Assembly: GCA_040220235.1 (NCBI GenBank)
Contig: JAVJTO010000024.1
DNA length: 64,000 nucleotides
Strand: one strand, 5' to 3'
Origin: Coleofasciculus sp. B1-GNL1-01
GTDB taxonomy: Bacteria > Cyanobacteriota > Cyanobacteriia > Cyanobacteriales > Coleofasciculaceae
The notes under the pieces are model-generated. The model was not told the origin of the DNA. It saw only the letters and a program-made list of their open reading frames with translations, and did no database searches. Within the stretch, counting starts at the first letter, position 1. Every line of letters begins with the position of its first letter. Position numbers and translations under genes: made by a program. This document shows, piece after piece, positions 28,118 to 36,920 of the stretch.

Positions 28118-28552
28118 GAAAGCTTACCGAATGCCAGTGCATTACCCTGATCTGTCCACCCCAAAGGTTCACCTCTAGACATAAGGGAACATAACCTCTG
28201 GGGAACACTCTACGACCAACTGAGCCATAAATTTTTTGTCTCTTGCACAAAATTAGATTTTGTGCTACTAAGCCGAGTCACACACATCATGCCTAAGGAG
28301 GATGTTGTTAATTTCAGTTGTTGATGTAACGACATAGTTTCACAAATCGGTTGATTTGACAAATACAACAGACCAATTTTGTAACAAAAATTGACACTTA
28401 TCAGAGGCTGTCCATTCTCGCCCTGACCTATGGACAGCAGCAACTACGAACATAAAGGCGCGATCGCACTTTGATCAGCACTGTGATCACGATGGTAGGA
28501 TTTGTTCACCGTTGTGCGATCGCCAGCATCACCCCCATCACCCCCATCTTCC

Positions 28553-29764
28553 CTACCCCCCTCCAGAGGCTACAGGTTCAGGTTGATAGCGAATCCCCGC
28601 TTGCTTTAGACGCCGCAACACCTCAGCCAAGCGATCGCACTCCGCAATCAAGCTTACCCGTACATAGCCTTCACCGCCGACACCAAAGGCGTTTCCCGGC
28701 GTCACCACCACACCGGTTTGCTGCAAGACATCCAGAGCGAAATCCGTTGAATTTTGACCGGGTGGACAAGGAACCCATAAATACATCGTCGCCTTTGACT
28801 TAGGAATCTGCCACCCCAATTCAGCTAACCCTTGAATCAAAAAATCTCGGCGGCGACAGTACCGTTCTTGCACCTGATGCACATAACTATCCGGTAAATC
28901 CAATGCCGTTTCTGCGGCGGTTTGTAAGACGGCAAAAATCCCGTAATCTAAATTCGTTTTTAACGTCCGCAATCCTTGAATAATATGGCGATTTCCGACA
29001 ACAAATCCAACCCGCCAACCTGCCATATTATAGGTTTTTGATAAGGTATGAAATTCTACGCCAATCTCCTTCGCACCCGGAATTTCTAGTAAACTCGTCG
29101 GTTGATAACCATCAAATGCGAGTTCGGCGTAACATAAATCATGCACCAACAGAATTGAGTAACGACGGGCAAAAGCCACAATTTCCTCAAAAAACTCACG
29201 GGGAGCCGTCGCTGTTGTTGGATTATTCGGATAGTTAAAATATAGAATCTTTGCCCGTTGCGCCACCTCCTCAGGAATAGCGGCTAAATCAATCAGCCAA
29301 TCATTTTCCGGCTTAAGGATCATGCTGTGAATTTCGGCTCCAGCAATCAAGGGACCTCGGAAATGGGCTGGATACGCCGGACTTGGTACTAAGACCAAAT
29401 CCCCAGGATTGACATAAGCTAGGGCGAGGTGAGTCAATCCTTCCTTAGAACCCAAGAGGGGTAGGGCTTCGCTATCAGGATCGAGAGTAACCTTGTAGCG
29501 GCGGTGATACCAACTGGTAATCCCATGGCGAAAATTTGCCGTCCCTTCAAACGGGGGATAGCCATGGTTACTCGGATGATTCAGGGCTTTGATCGCTGCT
29601 TCAATCACCGGTGCAGGTGCTGAACCGTCAGGATTCCCCATCCCTAAATCAATTAAATCCAACCCTTGCTCACGAGCACGGGCTTTGAGTTCATCCAAAC
29701 GAGCAAACACATAGGGGGGCAAGGCACTCAGGCGCTTTGCTGGGGTAATCCAATTTAAGTTCAT
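28553..29764 (-). CDS. PLP-dependent class I/II aminotransferase (aspartate/LL-DAP aminotransferase-like)
   Basis: IDLGMGNPD, NYPNNPT, HDLCYAEL, TLSKTYNMAGWRVG (PLP Lys). Confidence 0.93.
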   Translation of the reverse strand: MNLNWITPAKRLSALPPYVFARLDELKARAREQGLDLIDLGMGNPDGSAPAPVIEAAIKALNHPSNHGYPPFEGTANFRHGITSWYHRRYKVTLDPDSEALPLLGSKEGLTHLALAYVNPGDLVLVPSPAYPAHFRGPLIAGAEIHSMILKPENDWLIDLAAIPEEVAQRAKILYFNYPNNPTTATAPREFFEEIVAFARRYSILLVHDLCYAELAFDGYQPTSLLEIPGAKEIGVEFHTLSKTYNMAGWRVGFVVGNRHIIQGLRTLKTNLDYGIFAVLQTAAETALDLPDSYVHQVQERYCRRRDFLIQGLAELGWQIPKSKATMYLWVPCPPGQNSTDFALDVLQQTGVVVTPGNAFGVGGEGYVRVSLIAECDRLAEVLRRLKQAGIRYQPEPVASGGG

Positions 29765-30038
29765 TTAAAAATTCAGCGTTCCTAAACTAGAAAATTATAT
29801 CGGCATTATCGGAAAATCGCTTAAGCTCCCAGAATTTTTGCCCTCAAGGGCTAAATCCGGGTTTATGAGGGCTTGCTGTATAAGCTGTTGCTATATTCAG
29901 ATGGGGATACCTAGATTTCTCAAAGGCAACAGGTAACAGGCAACAGGGAATACACAATTTAACAATCAAGGGTTGGACAACAATCCAAGGTGCACAAAGA
30001 AACCGTAGGGGCACGGCATTGCCGTGCCTTTCCTACCA

Positions 30039-30517
30039 TTATTTAGCTGGGTTGTTTCTGTCGGCTTCGAGGATACGGATAATACTGGTTTCTAAAGCGC
30101 GTTGGAAATCAGTATCAGAGGCATAATTTCTGTATAGGGTTAGTTCGTTACGGCGTTCTTGGTTGATGGCTTGTTTGATCAGTTTTGAGATAGCTAAACG
30201 TCTATTTTGGGTATCAGGATTATTCACAACTTGGGTTTGATAAGCTGTCATGCATTTAAATTGGATATTAGTAGCGAGCAAGATGCAAAGCCTGCGGCAT
30301 GGCTTCGCTAAACGCACTACAAGGCTTTCGCCATTATTGACATTAAGGTTTAAATGCCGAACAGCTTAGTTGGGATTGGTGGCGACATGGCGGGCGAGTT
30401 TGACTAGCTTGATTCGGTGTCGAAGTCTTTGGAGTTGCCGGAATGGTAGCCGCCATGGTTCAGCAGGTGGTTTTCGATGAGGTCTTCGAGGGCTTTTTCG
30501 TTGGTTTGACTGACCAT
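30039..30517 (-). pseudogene. hsdR: Internally deleted type I restriction subunit R (hsdR) relic, frameshifted and interrupted by a MITE
   Basis: ATG 30517 gives MVSQTNEKALEDLIENHLL...KDFDTE then a stop; in another frame IKLVKLARHVATNPN|YQTQVVNNPDTQNRRLAISKLIKQAINQERR... is continuous once the MITE is removed; both ends resemble HsdR termini as I recall them. Confidence 0.65.
30241..30368 (+). mobile_element. MITE family A (128 bp including TA ends)
   Basis: TAAGCTGTCATGCATTTAAA...TTTAAATGCCGAACAGCTTA; near-identical to 48399-48526 and to 7297-7517 (reverse). Confidence 0.9.
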
Positions 30518-30567
30518 GTTTTCATCATCTGTGCTTATAATTATTTTAATCACAAGTTGATGGAATT

Positions 30568-30987
30568 ATGGCAGCTAGAGACAAATTCCATGAGGCAGTC
30601 AAGCAGGGGTTAATTAAAGAACAATGGGTAATTACCCATGACCCGTTAAATCTGAAGTTTGGTGAGTATGACCAAGTACAGATTGATTTAGCAGCAGAAC
30701 GGGTCTTGGGGGCGCAAAAGGATGGAGAGAAAATTGCAGTAGAAATCAAAAGTTTTCTCAATGATTCTGCTATTGTTGATTTTCATACGGCGTTGGGGCA
30801 GTTCCTCAATTATCGTTTAGTCTTAGAGAAGAATGAACCTCAGCGCATCCTATTTCTAGCTGTTCCGGTTTATGCTTATGATTCTTTCTTTCAAAGAGAG
30901 TTACCCAAGGCAATTATTCGTCAATATGGGCTAAAGTTGATTGTGTATGACCCAGAGGAGGAGGTGATTACTCAATGGATAAGTTAG
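30568..30987 (+). CDS. xisH: XisH family protein
   Basis: MAARDKFHEAVK, WVITHDPL, IDLAAER, IAVEIKSF, ALGQFLNYR. Confidence 0.93.
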   Translation: MAARDKFHEAVKQGLIKEQWVITHDPLNLKFGEYDQVQIDLAAERVLGAQKDGEKIAVEIKSFLNDSAIVDFHTALGQFLNYRLVLEKNEPQRILFLAVPVYAYDSFFQRELPKAIIRQYGLKLIVYDPEEEVITQWIS

Positions 30988-31310
30988 AACGATATCGTCA
31001 GGTTATTTGTAGTTTATTAAAAGAACAAGGGGAGATTGTTCCGGTGAATGGAACTATTGAAACGGAAACAGTTTTTGACCATGAAGCGGAACGTTATTTG
31101 TTATTACATTTAGGGTGGAATGGTCAGCAAAGAATCTATTCTGTGGTTATTCATCTAGAGGTGAGGGAAGGAAAGGTTTGGATTCAACAAAATACAACTG
31201 ATTTCTCGGTGGCTGAGGAGTTGTTGAAACGGGGTGTAGCTAGGGAGGATATCGTTTTAGGGTTGAAACCTGCTTTTGTGCGGGAATATACAGGTTTTGG
31301 TGTTGTTTAA
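30975..31310 (+). CDS. xisI: XisI family protein
   Basis: MDKLERYRQ, YLLLHLGW, GKVWIQQNTT, DIVLG, YTGFGV; overlaps the xisH end. Confidence 0.93.
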   Translation: MDKLERYRQVICSLLKEQGEIVPVNGTIETETVFDHEAERYLLLHLGWNGQQRIYSVVIHLEVREGKVWIQQNTTDFSVAEELLKRGVAREDIVLGLKPAFVREYTGFGVV

Positions 31311-31428
31311 GTGATTAGAACCTGAAGGGGTAAGAGTTGGAGTCGTCTAAAGACGACTTAAGCTTTTAGCCAAGAACTTGAGTTCTTGGCGGGTGTTGGG
31401 GCTTACTGACAACGATACAAGATATCAG

Positions 31429-32586
31429 TTATTCGTATTTTTCATTCATCGCCGCCGATAAAACGGGACTGCAATTTTTTTCTACAGGTGTTGTTGTCGA
31501 AACCATCGCCGCCATGAGCTGTTCAGGTGTCACATCAAACGGTAATCTGTGGATATCCGACTGCGGCTGACAAGCAATATCTGCCCCCTGGCGCAACTGT
31601 GCCAAGGTGATATTTCCTAACCCCAAATCATCAAGGGTTTGGGGTAAACCGATTTCGCGATAAAACTTCAATAACTGTTGTCGTGCAGATGCGGCAAGTT
31701 GATTCCCCTGTACCATTTCTTCTAAGCGCAATTGCACCAGAATCCCATAAGCGACTTTCTCCCCATGTAAAGCACTGTGAGAACCAGGAAGATGAGTTAA
31801 ACCATTATGCACCGCATGAGCCGCCACAGTACGACACTGCGCCCCACCTAAACCACCAATCACACCCGCTAACAAAACTGAAGCATCAACTACCTCTCGC
31901 CAAACCTCGCTCCCTGGCGTTTTTAGGGCGTCTGCTGACTTTTGAAACAGGATATCCCGTAACACCCTCGCCTGTTGCACCGCCCCAATAATTAAGGTTT
32001 GAGCAGAATCCCCACTACTCACGGATGCCTCATACCATTTCGCTAAGGCGTCTCCAATTCCGGCGACTAAGGTACGTTGGGGGGCAGTTTCAATTAAGCT
32101 GTAATCCAGGATTAGTAAATCTGGGCAGCGATTCAGACTCACATCATACAGGAAAGCCCCTTCATTTGAGTAAATATTGGACAATGCTGTCCAAGCAGCA
32201 CAGGTAGCGGCAGAGGTGGGAATTGTCACAACCGGAAGGTGACATTGATGAGCTAGGAGTTTAGCGGTGTCTAAGGCTTTGCCACCTCCCACACCAATAA
32301 TTAAGTCGGCTTGATGGCAGGTTGCTGCTTCTTTGAGGGATGCGAGGGAGACTTCACTACAATCCGGACGATAAGATGCCTTAGCACAAGTTAACACCGA
32401 CTGTTTCAAGATCGGTTCTAGCTGCGGTGATAACGTCGCCAAGGTATGATTCCCGCCAACAATTAACGGACGATGACCCAAAGACGCGATCGCCTCTCCA
32501 GATTGCGCTAATGCTTGGACACCGCGCAACACCCGCGCTGGGGCAACTGTGAGCGACAGCAATGAGGGAGGAGCAAGGTTAGTCAT
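31429..32586 (-). CDS. Iron-containing alcohol/glycerol dehydrogenase family protein
   Basis: IIGVGGGKALDTAK, IPTSAATCAA, AGIGDALAKWYE, AHAVHNGLT, HGEKVAYG. Confidence 0.92.
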   Translation of the reverse strand: MTNLAPPSLLSLTVAPARVLRGVQALAQSGEAIASLGHRPLIVGGNHTLATLSPQLEPILKQSVLTCAKASYRPDCSEVSLASLKEAATCHQADLIIGVGGGKALDTAKLLAHQCHLPVVTIPTSAATCAAWTALSNIYSNEGAFLYDVSLNRCPDLLILDYSLIETAPQRTLVAGIGDALAKWYEASVSSGDSAQTLIIGAVQQARVLRDILFQKSADALKTPGSEVWREVVDASVLLAGVIGGLGGAQCRTVAAHAVHNGLTHLPGSHSALHGEKVAYGILVQLRLEEMVQGNQLAASARQQLLKFYREIGLPQTLDDLGLGNITLAQLRQGADIACQPQSDIHRLPFDVTPEQLMAAMVSTTTPVEKNCSPVLSAAMNEKYE

Positions 32587-32682
32587 CAGTTTTTAGCAGA
32601 GGTTTCAGCCAATTGAATTTTCATCTTACCTCATCTCCCCTATCTCCCCTACGCACTTGGTTTCACGACTTCCCCTGAAACG

Positions 32683-33201
32683 TCAGGTGGAGGTGTCTGG
32701 TAATTGAGCCAAGCGTTCTGTATAGATATCGATCGTCATCTGTTCATCATCGCGCTTAGCCAGCGATCGGCTGATTTTGCCTAAAACTAGGGGTTTAGAT
32801 ACACCGGGTTCGGGGTGGATAACGGTACGGGCGCGAATTGTCAGTTGGTTATTTTCTCCACCCAAACGCCCATAAGAATACAAGTCGCTGGCGGCTTGGC
32901 GCAAACTGGCTTCCAGTTGAGATTCGTTGATTGTTGTGGGCAAAGCGATAACGGCTTGGTTGCCTCCGTTGTCGTAGACTAAGGTAAAGCGGGCTGCACC
33001 AGGAATCACTGTACGGCTAAACGGGACTATACTTAGCGCAAATAAGCCGCCTGTCAGCACCCCCATAAAGCCCGTAATTCCCACCAGCCGAAATCGGATG
33101 CCCCATTTAAAGATAAAACCTAAGAGGCTAAAAACTCCGCAAACTAGGGTGAGAATGCCTATCCATTGGGTATAGGTGAGAAAGTCAGTCGTTGTTGGCA
33201 T
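32683..33201 (-). CDS. ycf51: Ycf51 family membrane protein
   Basis: WGIRFRLVGITGF, LVYDNG, LRQAASDL, IRARTVIHPEPGVS. Confidence 0.85.
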   Translation of the reverse strand: MPTTTDFLTYTQWIGILTLVCGVFSLLGFIFKWGIRFRLVGITGFMGVLTGGLFALSIVPFSRTVIPGAARFTLVYDNGGNQAVIALPTTINESQLEASLRQAASDLYSYGRLGGENNQLTIRARTVIHPEPGVSKPLVLGKISRSLAKRDDEQMTIDIYTERLAQLPDTST

Positions 33202-33356
33202 AGAAGATAACCTGTGTTGACTCGATAAACGCCAATGGCTACATCGTTGCAGTTTGGTAACTTTTTTATCCTATCAGCGTTGCTTCATCCATGAATACCC
33301 TCAGATCAAGCTCCCTTAAGTATGACGCTCCTCGCCATTAACTTGAATTTCTCCAC

Positions 33357-33599
33357 CTACTTCCTGTCCTCTCCCCGAATAATTGACTTTCGCATCCATT
33401 CCCGCACACTCTCTAGGTGGACAATTGCCTGATCACGTTCTCGGTTATCTGGACAACTTTCCAATATAGTATCTAGCAGCCGTCCCCACAGGTATTCAAC
33501 GGTGGCAATTTCTTCGAGTTGCGCTTGAGTGGGACTATCCCATCCAAACAAGCGATCGCGTATTGCCTTTGCTTCAGCGGATAGATGCTCCTTGTCCAA
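33357..33599 (-). CDS. Small protein resembling the Acb2/Tad1 helical-hairpin family
   Basis: AGGAGAGG RBS before TTG; FGWDSPTQAQ...ILESCPDNRERDQAIVHLESVREWMRKSI. Confidence 0.55.
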   Translation of the reverse strand: MDKEHLSAEAKAIRDRLFGWDSPTQAQLEEIATVEYLWGRLLDTILESCPDNRERDQAIVHLESVREWMRKSIIRGEDRK

Positions 33600-33702
33600 C
33601 TGATCCTCTCCTGCATCACTTTATTTTTAGCTTATTTTTATCCACAAATTAAAACCCAAAGCCCTACTTGCACTGTTCCCTGGTGCCCTTTTCCCGTTCC
33701 CT

Positions 33703-34209
33703 TTAATGACCTACTCTAATTTCCTGCCGAGCTTTCTGAGTCCAAGCCTCATTAACGAGGATTTGACTATTAGATAGTTTTAAATCAAATGGATGAGGAG
33801 GTTCAGGGACAAGCATAACACAATCTTGCCGATGAGATTTAATTAAGCTAATGATCCAATTACAAAAGTCCAAAATTTCCTCAGGTACTAAGGTTAGGTC
33901 AAAGTGCCAGCTTTGATTAATTCCCTGACAATCTCGTCCCCACAGCCTCGATTTAACGATACCCGCCCCTTTATTAACAGACACGCGCAAAATAAAGGGT
34001 CGTTCCGGGAGTAATTTATCAGGGGCTGTGTGAACATAAACACACAGATAATTCATACGTTGCCGCTCATCAATCCAAGATGCCATTGGCAGATTACCCG
34101 TTGATGGATTGCGGGTTGTAATCTTCACTGGTACGTTCATTTTTGCGGCAAATTGATCATAAAACTCTTGCCTTAGCTGAGAAACCGTGCGTATAGCTTC
34201 AGGAGTCAT
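33703..34209 (-). CDS. Hypothetical protein
   Basis: 168-aa ORF starting 15 bp after the rpsU stop, with AGGA RBS. Confidence 0.7.
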   Translation of the reverse strand: MTPEAIRTVSQLRQEFYDQFAAKMNVPVKITTRNPSTGNLPMASWIDERQRMNYLCVYVHTAPDKLLPERPFILRVSVNKGAGIVKSRLWGRDCQGINQSWHFDLTLVPEEILDFCNWIISLIKSHRQDCVMLVPEPPHPFDLKLSNSQILVNEAWTQKARQEIRVGH

Positions 34210-34224
34210 AATTCCTGCACAAGA

Positions 34225-34428
34225 TTAAAACCGTTTTTTGCGATAGCGAGAAAGCCGCCGCAGTTGCTTATGCCGAGCAATGGCTTTACGTTTACGTTTT
34301 TGAATCGGCGTTTCAAAGTGGCGATGTTTCTTCATATCGGGAAAAATTCCCGCCTTGGAGACAGCTTGTTTAAATCGGCGGAGGGCTGACTCGATCCCTT
34401 CATGTTCACCGACAGTCACCTGTGCCAT
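34225..34428 (-). CDS. rpsU: 30S ribosomal protein S21
   Basis: [15 protein letters not shown]...[24 protein letters not shown]. Confidence 0.93.
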   Translation of the reverse strand: MAQVTVGEHEGIESALRRFKQAVSKAGIFPDMKKHRHFETPIQKRKRKAIARHKQLRRLSRYRKKRF

Positions 34429-34606
34429 TTTATTTTCTCCTTAGCTTGAGTGAATTGCTCAACGCCTGACAATATCTAGCAGAAATGTCTAATCAAGTGA
34501 AACTAGCACAAACAACTGATTTCACTAAACTCCTACTCCAATCTTCAATATGAACGTAGAATTTAATATGAACAGTAGAAGAGGAACGCATTCCGCCGAT
34601 TGGAAC

Positions 34607-34700
34607 TATAGCAGTCGCCAGAGTCATTAGGACATCAGATGAATGCCGCTTATTGTGTCGATGCATGTTTAGCGTCCTAACCGTTGTGGCGGTTGCTATA
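34607..34700. mobile_element. MITE family B copy
   Basis: TATAGCAGTCGCCA...ATTAGGAC / GTCCTAAC...TGGCGGTTGCTATA. Confidence 0.7.
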
Positions 34701-34934
34701 CCTCTCAACTGGTCAATTCCAGCGCATTCCCAGATACATACAGACGCGCCGTGGCGCGTCTCTACTTCTCGATAAAGGCTGCTAGCAAAACCTAGCCCGG
34801 TCAACACAGACTTTTTTAAGCCCTCGCTACAACCCTTAAACTGAGCGACGGGTTGTTGACTCGATAGTCCAGCGTCTAGGAGACATTGAGAAACACCACC
34901 ATAAATTAGCTGATTGCACCTGCATTATTCTGGT

Positions 34935-35243
34935 TTAGTACCGTCGAGAGAATCCATCCCGGTTGCCGCCGCCGCGACGTCCCCCGCCTTGACCCCGAGG
35001 TTCACGAGGTTTAGCTTTATTCACTTTCAAATCCCGACCCATCCATTCAGCGCCGTCTAGAGCATCAATCGCGGCAGATTCTTCAGCTTCTGATTCCATT
35101 TCCACAAAACCAAAGCCCCGCATCCGACCTGTTTCCCGATCCGTGGGTAACTGAACCCGCTTCACCGTCCCGTATTCAGCAAAAATGCTGCTAACATCTT
35201 CTTCTGTAGCATCGTAGGACAGGTTGCCAATGTAAATGGACAT
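34935..35243 (-). CDS. rbp: RRM RNA-binding protein with Gly-rich tail (Rbp family)
   Basis: [26 protein letters not shown] tail; upstream of rpsU as in rbpA1-rpsU loci. Confidence 0.96.
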   Translation of the reverse strand: MSIYIGNLSYDATEEDVSSIFAEYGTVKRVQLPTDRETGRMRGFGFVEMESEAEESAAIDALDGAEWMGRDLKVNKAKPREPRGQGGGRRGGGNRDGFSRRY

Positions 35244-35397
35244 AGAGTATCTCCAAAATCAAGGGATGTAGAGACTTATGATTCGGAGACATGCCTGTCC
35301 GTCAATCAAAACAAACGATACAGCCGAACATAAACCTCGCTGATTATAATAACACCATTTATCCGCTACTCTGCTGAGATTTTACTTAATCTAAAAT

Positions 35398-36753
35398 CTA
35401 AGCCACCCAGAGATGCTGGGAAAATCGAATGGCGAAACTGACCAACACGAGAGTGAAAAAAACGAGAGTTGCCCATCCCCATCGCGGATAACGCGCCAGC
35501 AGCAGACCTAGGGCGATCGCAAGCGATACAATACCATAAGCATGGCGTTCAGCCGAAATGGTGCGACCTGGGCTTAAAATCACGGCTAAACTGCAAAAGC
35601 CATAGGTGACGGCAACAGGTCTGAGTGGTTTTCGCTGTCGCACGAGTAAATAGCCACCGCCCCAAACCATAATCATATTAATTAGCGGATCTCCAGCTAA
35701 AAGCCACAGGAGAATTCCCAGAAGGTAAAAGCCATACCCTTTATCCACACACAGCCGTTTTAGGTGCAATCGCCAGGAGGGTTGAAGAGAGTGTAAGGCG
35801 GAGTGTCGGATGTGGGGTGTCGGGTGTCGGGTGTAGTGCGGAATACAGTCTTCGGCATGACTCTGTGAGTTCTCCCCAGGACTACGCGATCGCCATAATA
35901 AATAACCTAATGCACAAATTGTGACAAAACTCAAGGGATGCCACGGATCATGAAGCCAACCCTGATTCCAGTTGGCGGTTCCGGCGGAAATTTGCACCAG
36001 CATCTTCAACCAGCCCTGTCCGTAAAACGCTTGTTCAGGTTGCCATGCTTGTTGCACTCTTAAAAAGGCAAGCATGTCCCCAAAACGAATCCCGCAGTAG
36101 AGGCTATAGAGTCCCAATCCCCCGGCAGTGGCTAAACTAGGAAAATAGGCGATCGCAGATCTTTTCTCTCGCCAAGCCACCAGCCAAAATGCTCCAGATA
36201 GGGCAATTCCAGGTAATCGTGTTGCACTGGCTAATCCTCCCCATAACCCTGACCAACCATAATGTTGCCGATCATAAGCTCGCAAAGCGGCTGTACTCAA
36301 CAACAGAAATAACCCCTCCGTATAAATTACCGTGCCAAATAGAGAAAAAGGACACCAGGCTAAAACCGCTGTTGTCCAGCGAGCAACCTTCTGTCCATGA
36401 CTCTCTTGCACCCAAGCATAGAGAACAATGAGCGCCCCCAAAAATGCCAGATTATTGACAACAGTCCCCGCTACGTTAAAGGGTAATCCCCCACTCATTA
36501 GCGCCCGAACAAGTAAGGGAAACAAGGGAAAGAATGCCACATTATGTCCCTGACCATCATTAGCATACTCGTAACCTGAGATAGCAATTGTCTCGTAGAA
36601 ATAACTATCCCACGCCAAAAAGACATCCCAACTGACTGTAGCTTGAATGCCTCCAGGTGGGGCAGGTAATAAGGGCGCAATCACCAACATGGCGATCGCG
36701 ATAACCATTCGGCTGAGTAGCCACATCACCGTAGCAAAAATAACGCTATTCAC
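35398..36753 (-). CDS. GT-C fold mannosyltransferase (PIG-V-like) membrane protein
   Basis: WDSYFY, AFFPLFP, YTEGLFLLL, LASATRLPG; many TM helices. Confidence 0.85.
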   Translation of the reverse strand: MNSVIFATVMWLLSRMVIAIAMLVIAPLLPAPPGGIQATVSWDVFLAWDSYFYETIAISGYEYANDGQGHNVAFFPLFPLLVRALMSGGLPFNVAGTVVNNLAFLGALIVLYAWVQESHGQKVARWTTAVLAWCPFSLFGTVIYTEGLFLLLSTAALRAYDRQHYGWSGLWGGLASATRLPGIALSGAFWLVAWREKRSAIAYFPSLATAGGLGLYSLYCGIRFGDMLAFLRVQQAWQPEQAFYGQGWLKMLVQISAGTANWNQGWLHDPWHPLSFVTICALGYLLWRSRSPGENSQSHAEDCIPHYTRHPTPHIRHSALHSLQPSWRLHLKRLCVDKGYGFYLLGILLWLLAGDPLINMIMVWGGGYLLVRQRKPLRPVAVTYGFCSLAVILSPGRTISAERHAYGIVSLAIALGLLLARYPRWGWATLVFFTLVLVSFAIRFSQHLWVA

Positions 36754-36920
36754 GTAGATACCTTTCTATTCCCTGATGCCAAAAATACCAATTCAGTTAT
36801 TGAATCTTACGCCATAAACTGCTTAAAAAGCGGTAGCGCAAACTACACCATCTTTCCTTGGATAACTGATTACTGATTAATAAATCACAAAGGACAAAGG
36901 ACGAATGACAAATGACAAAT

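Noticed and set aside
28553..29764. Aminotransferase as part of the peroxidase/CDO cluster
   Set aside because: Looks like a conserved core cyanobacterial gene and is over 600 bp from the peroxidase gene; nothing in the sequence links them
30039..30317. 92-aa ORF as an intact gene
   Set aside because: Its first ~25 codons come from the MITE; it is a pseudogene fragment
30568..31310. fdxN-type heterocyst excision element
   Set aside because: No XisF recombinase and no interrupted nif/fdx gene in the window
34493..34807. 104-aa ORF between rbp and rpsU
   Set aside because: Made largely of MITE and REP sequence, with no recognisable motif
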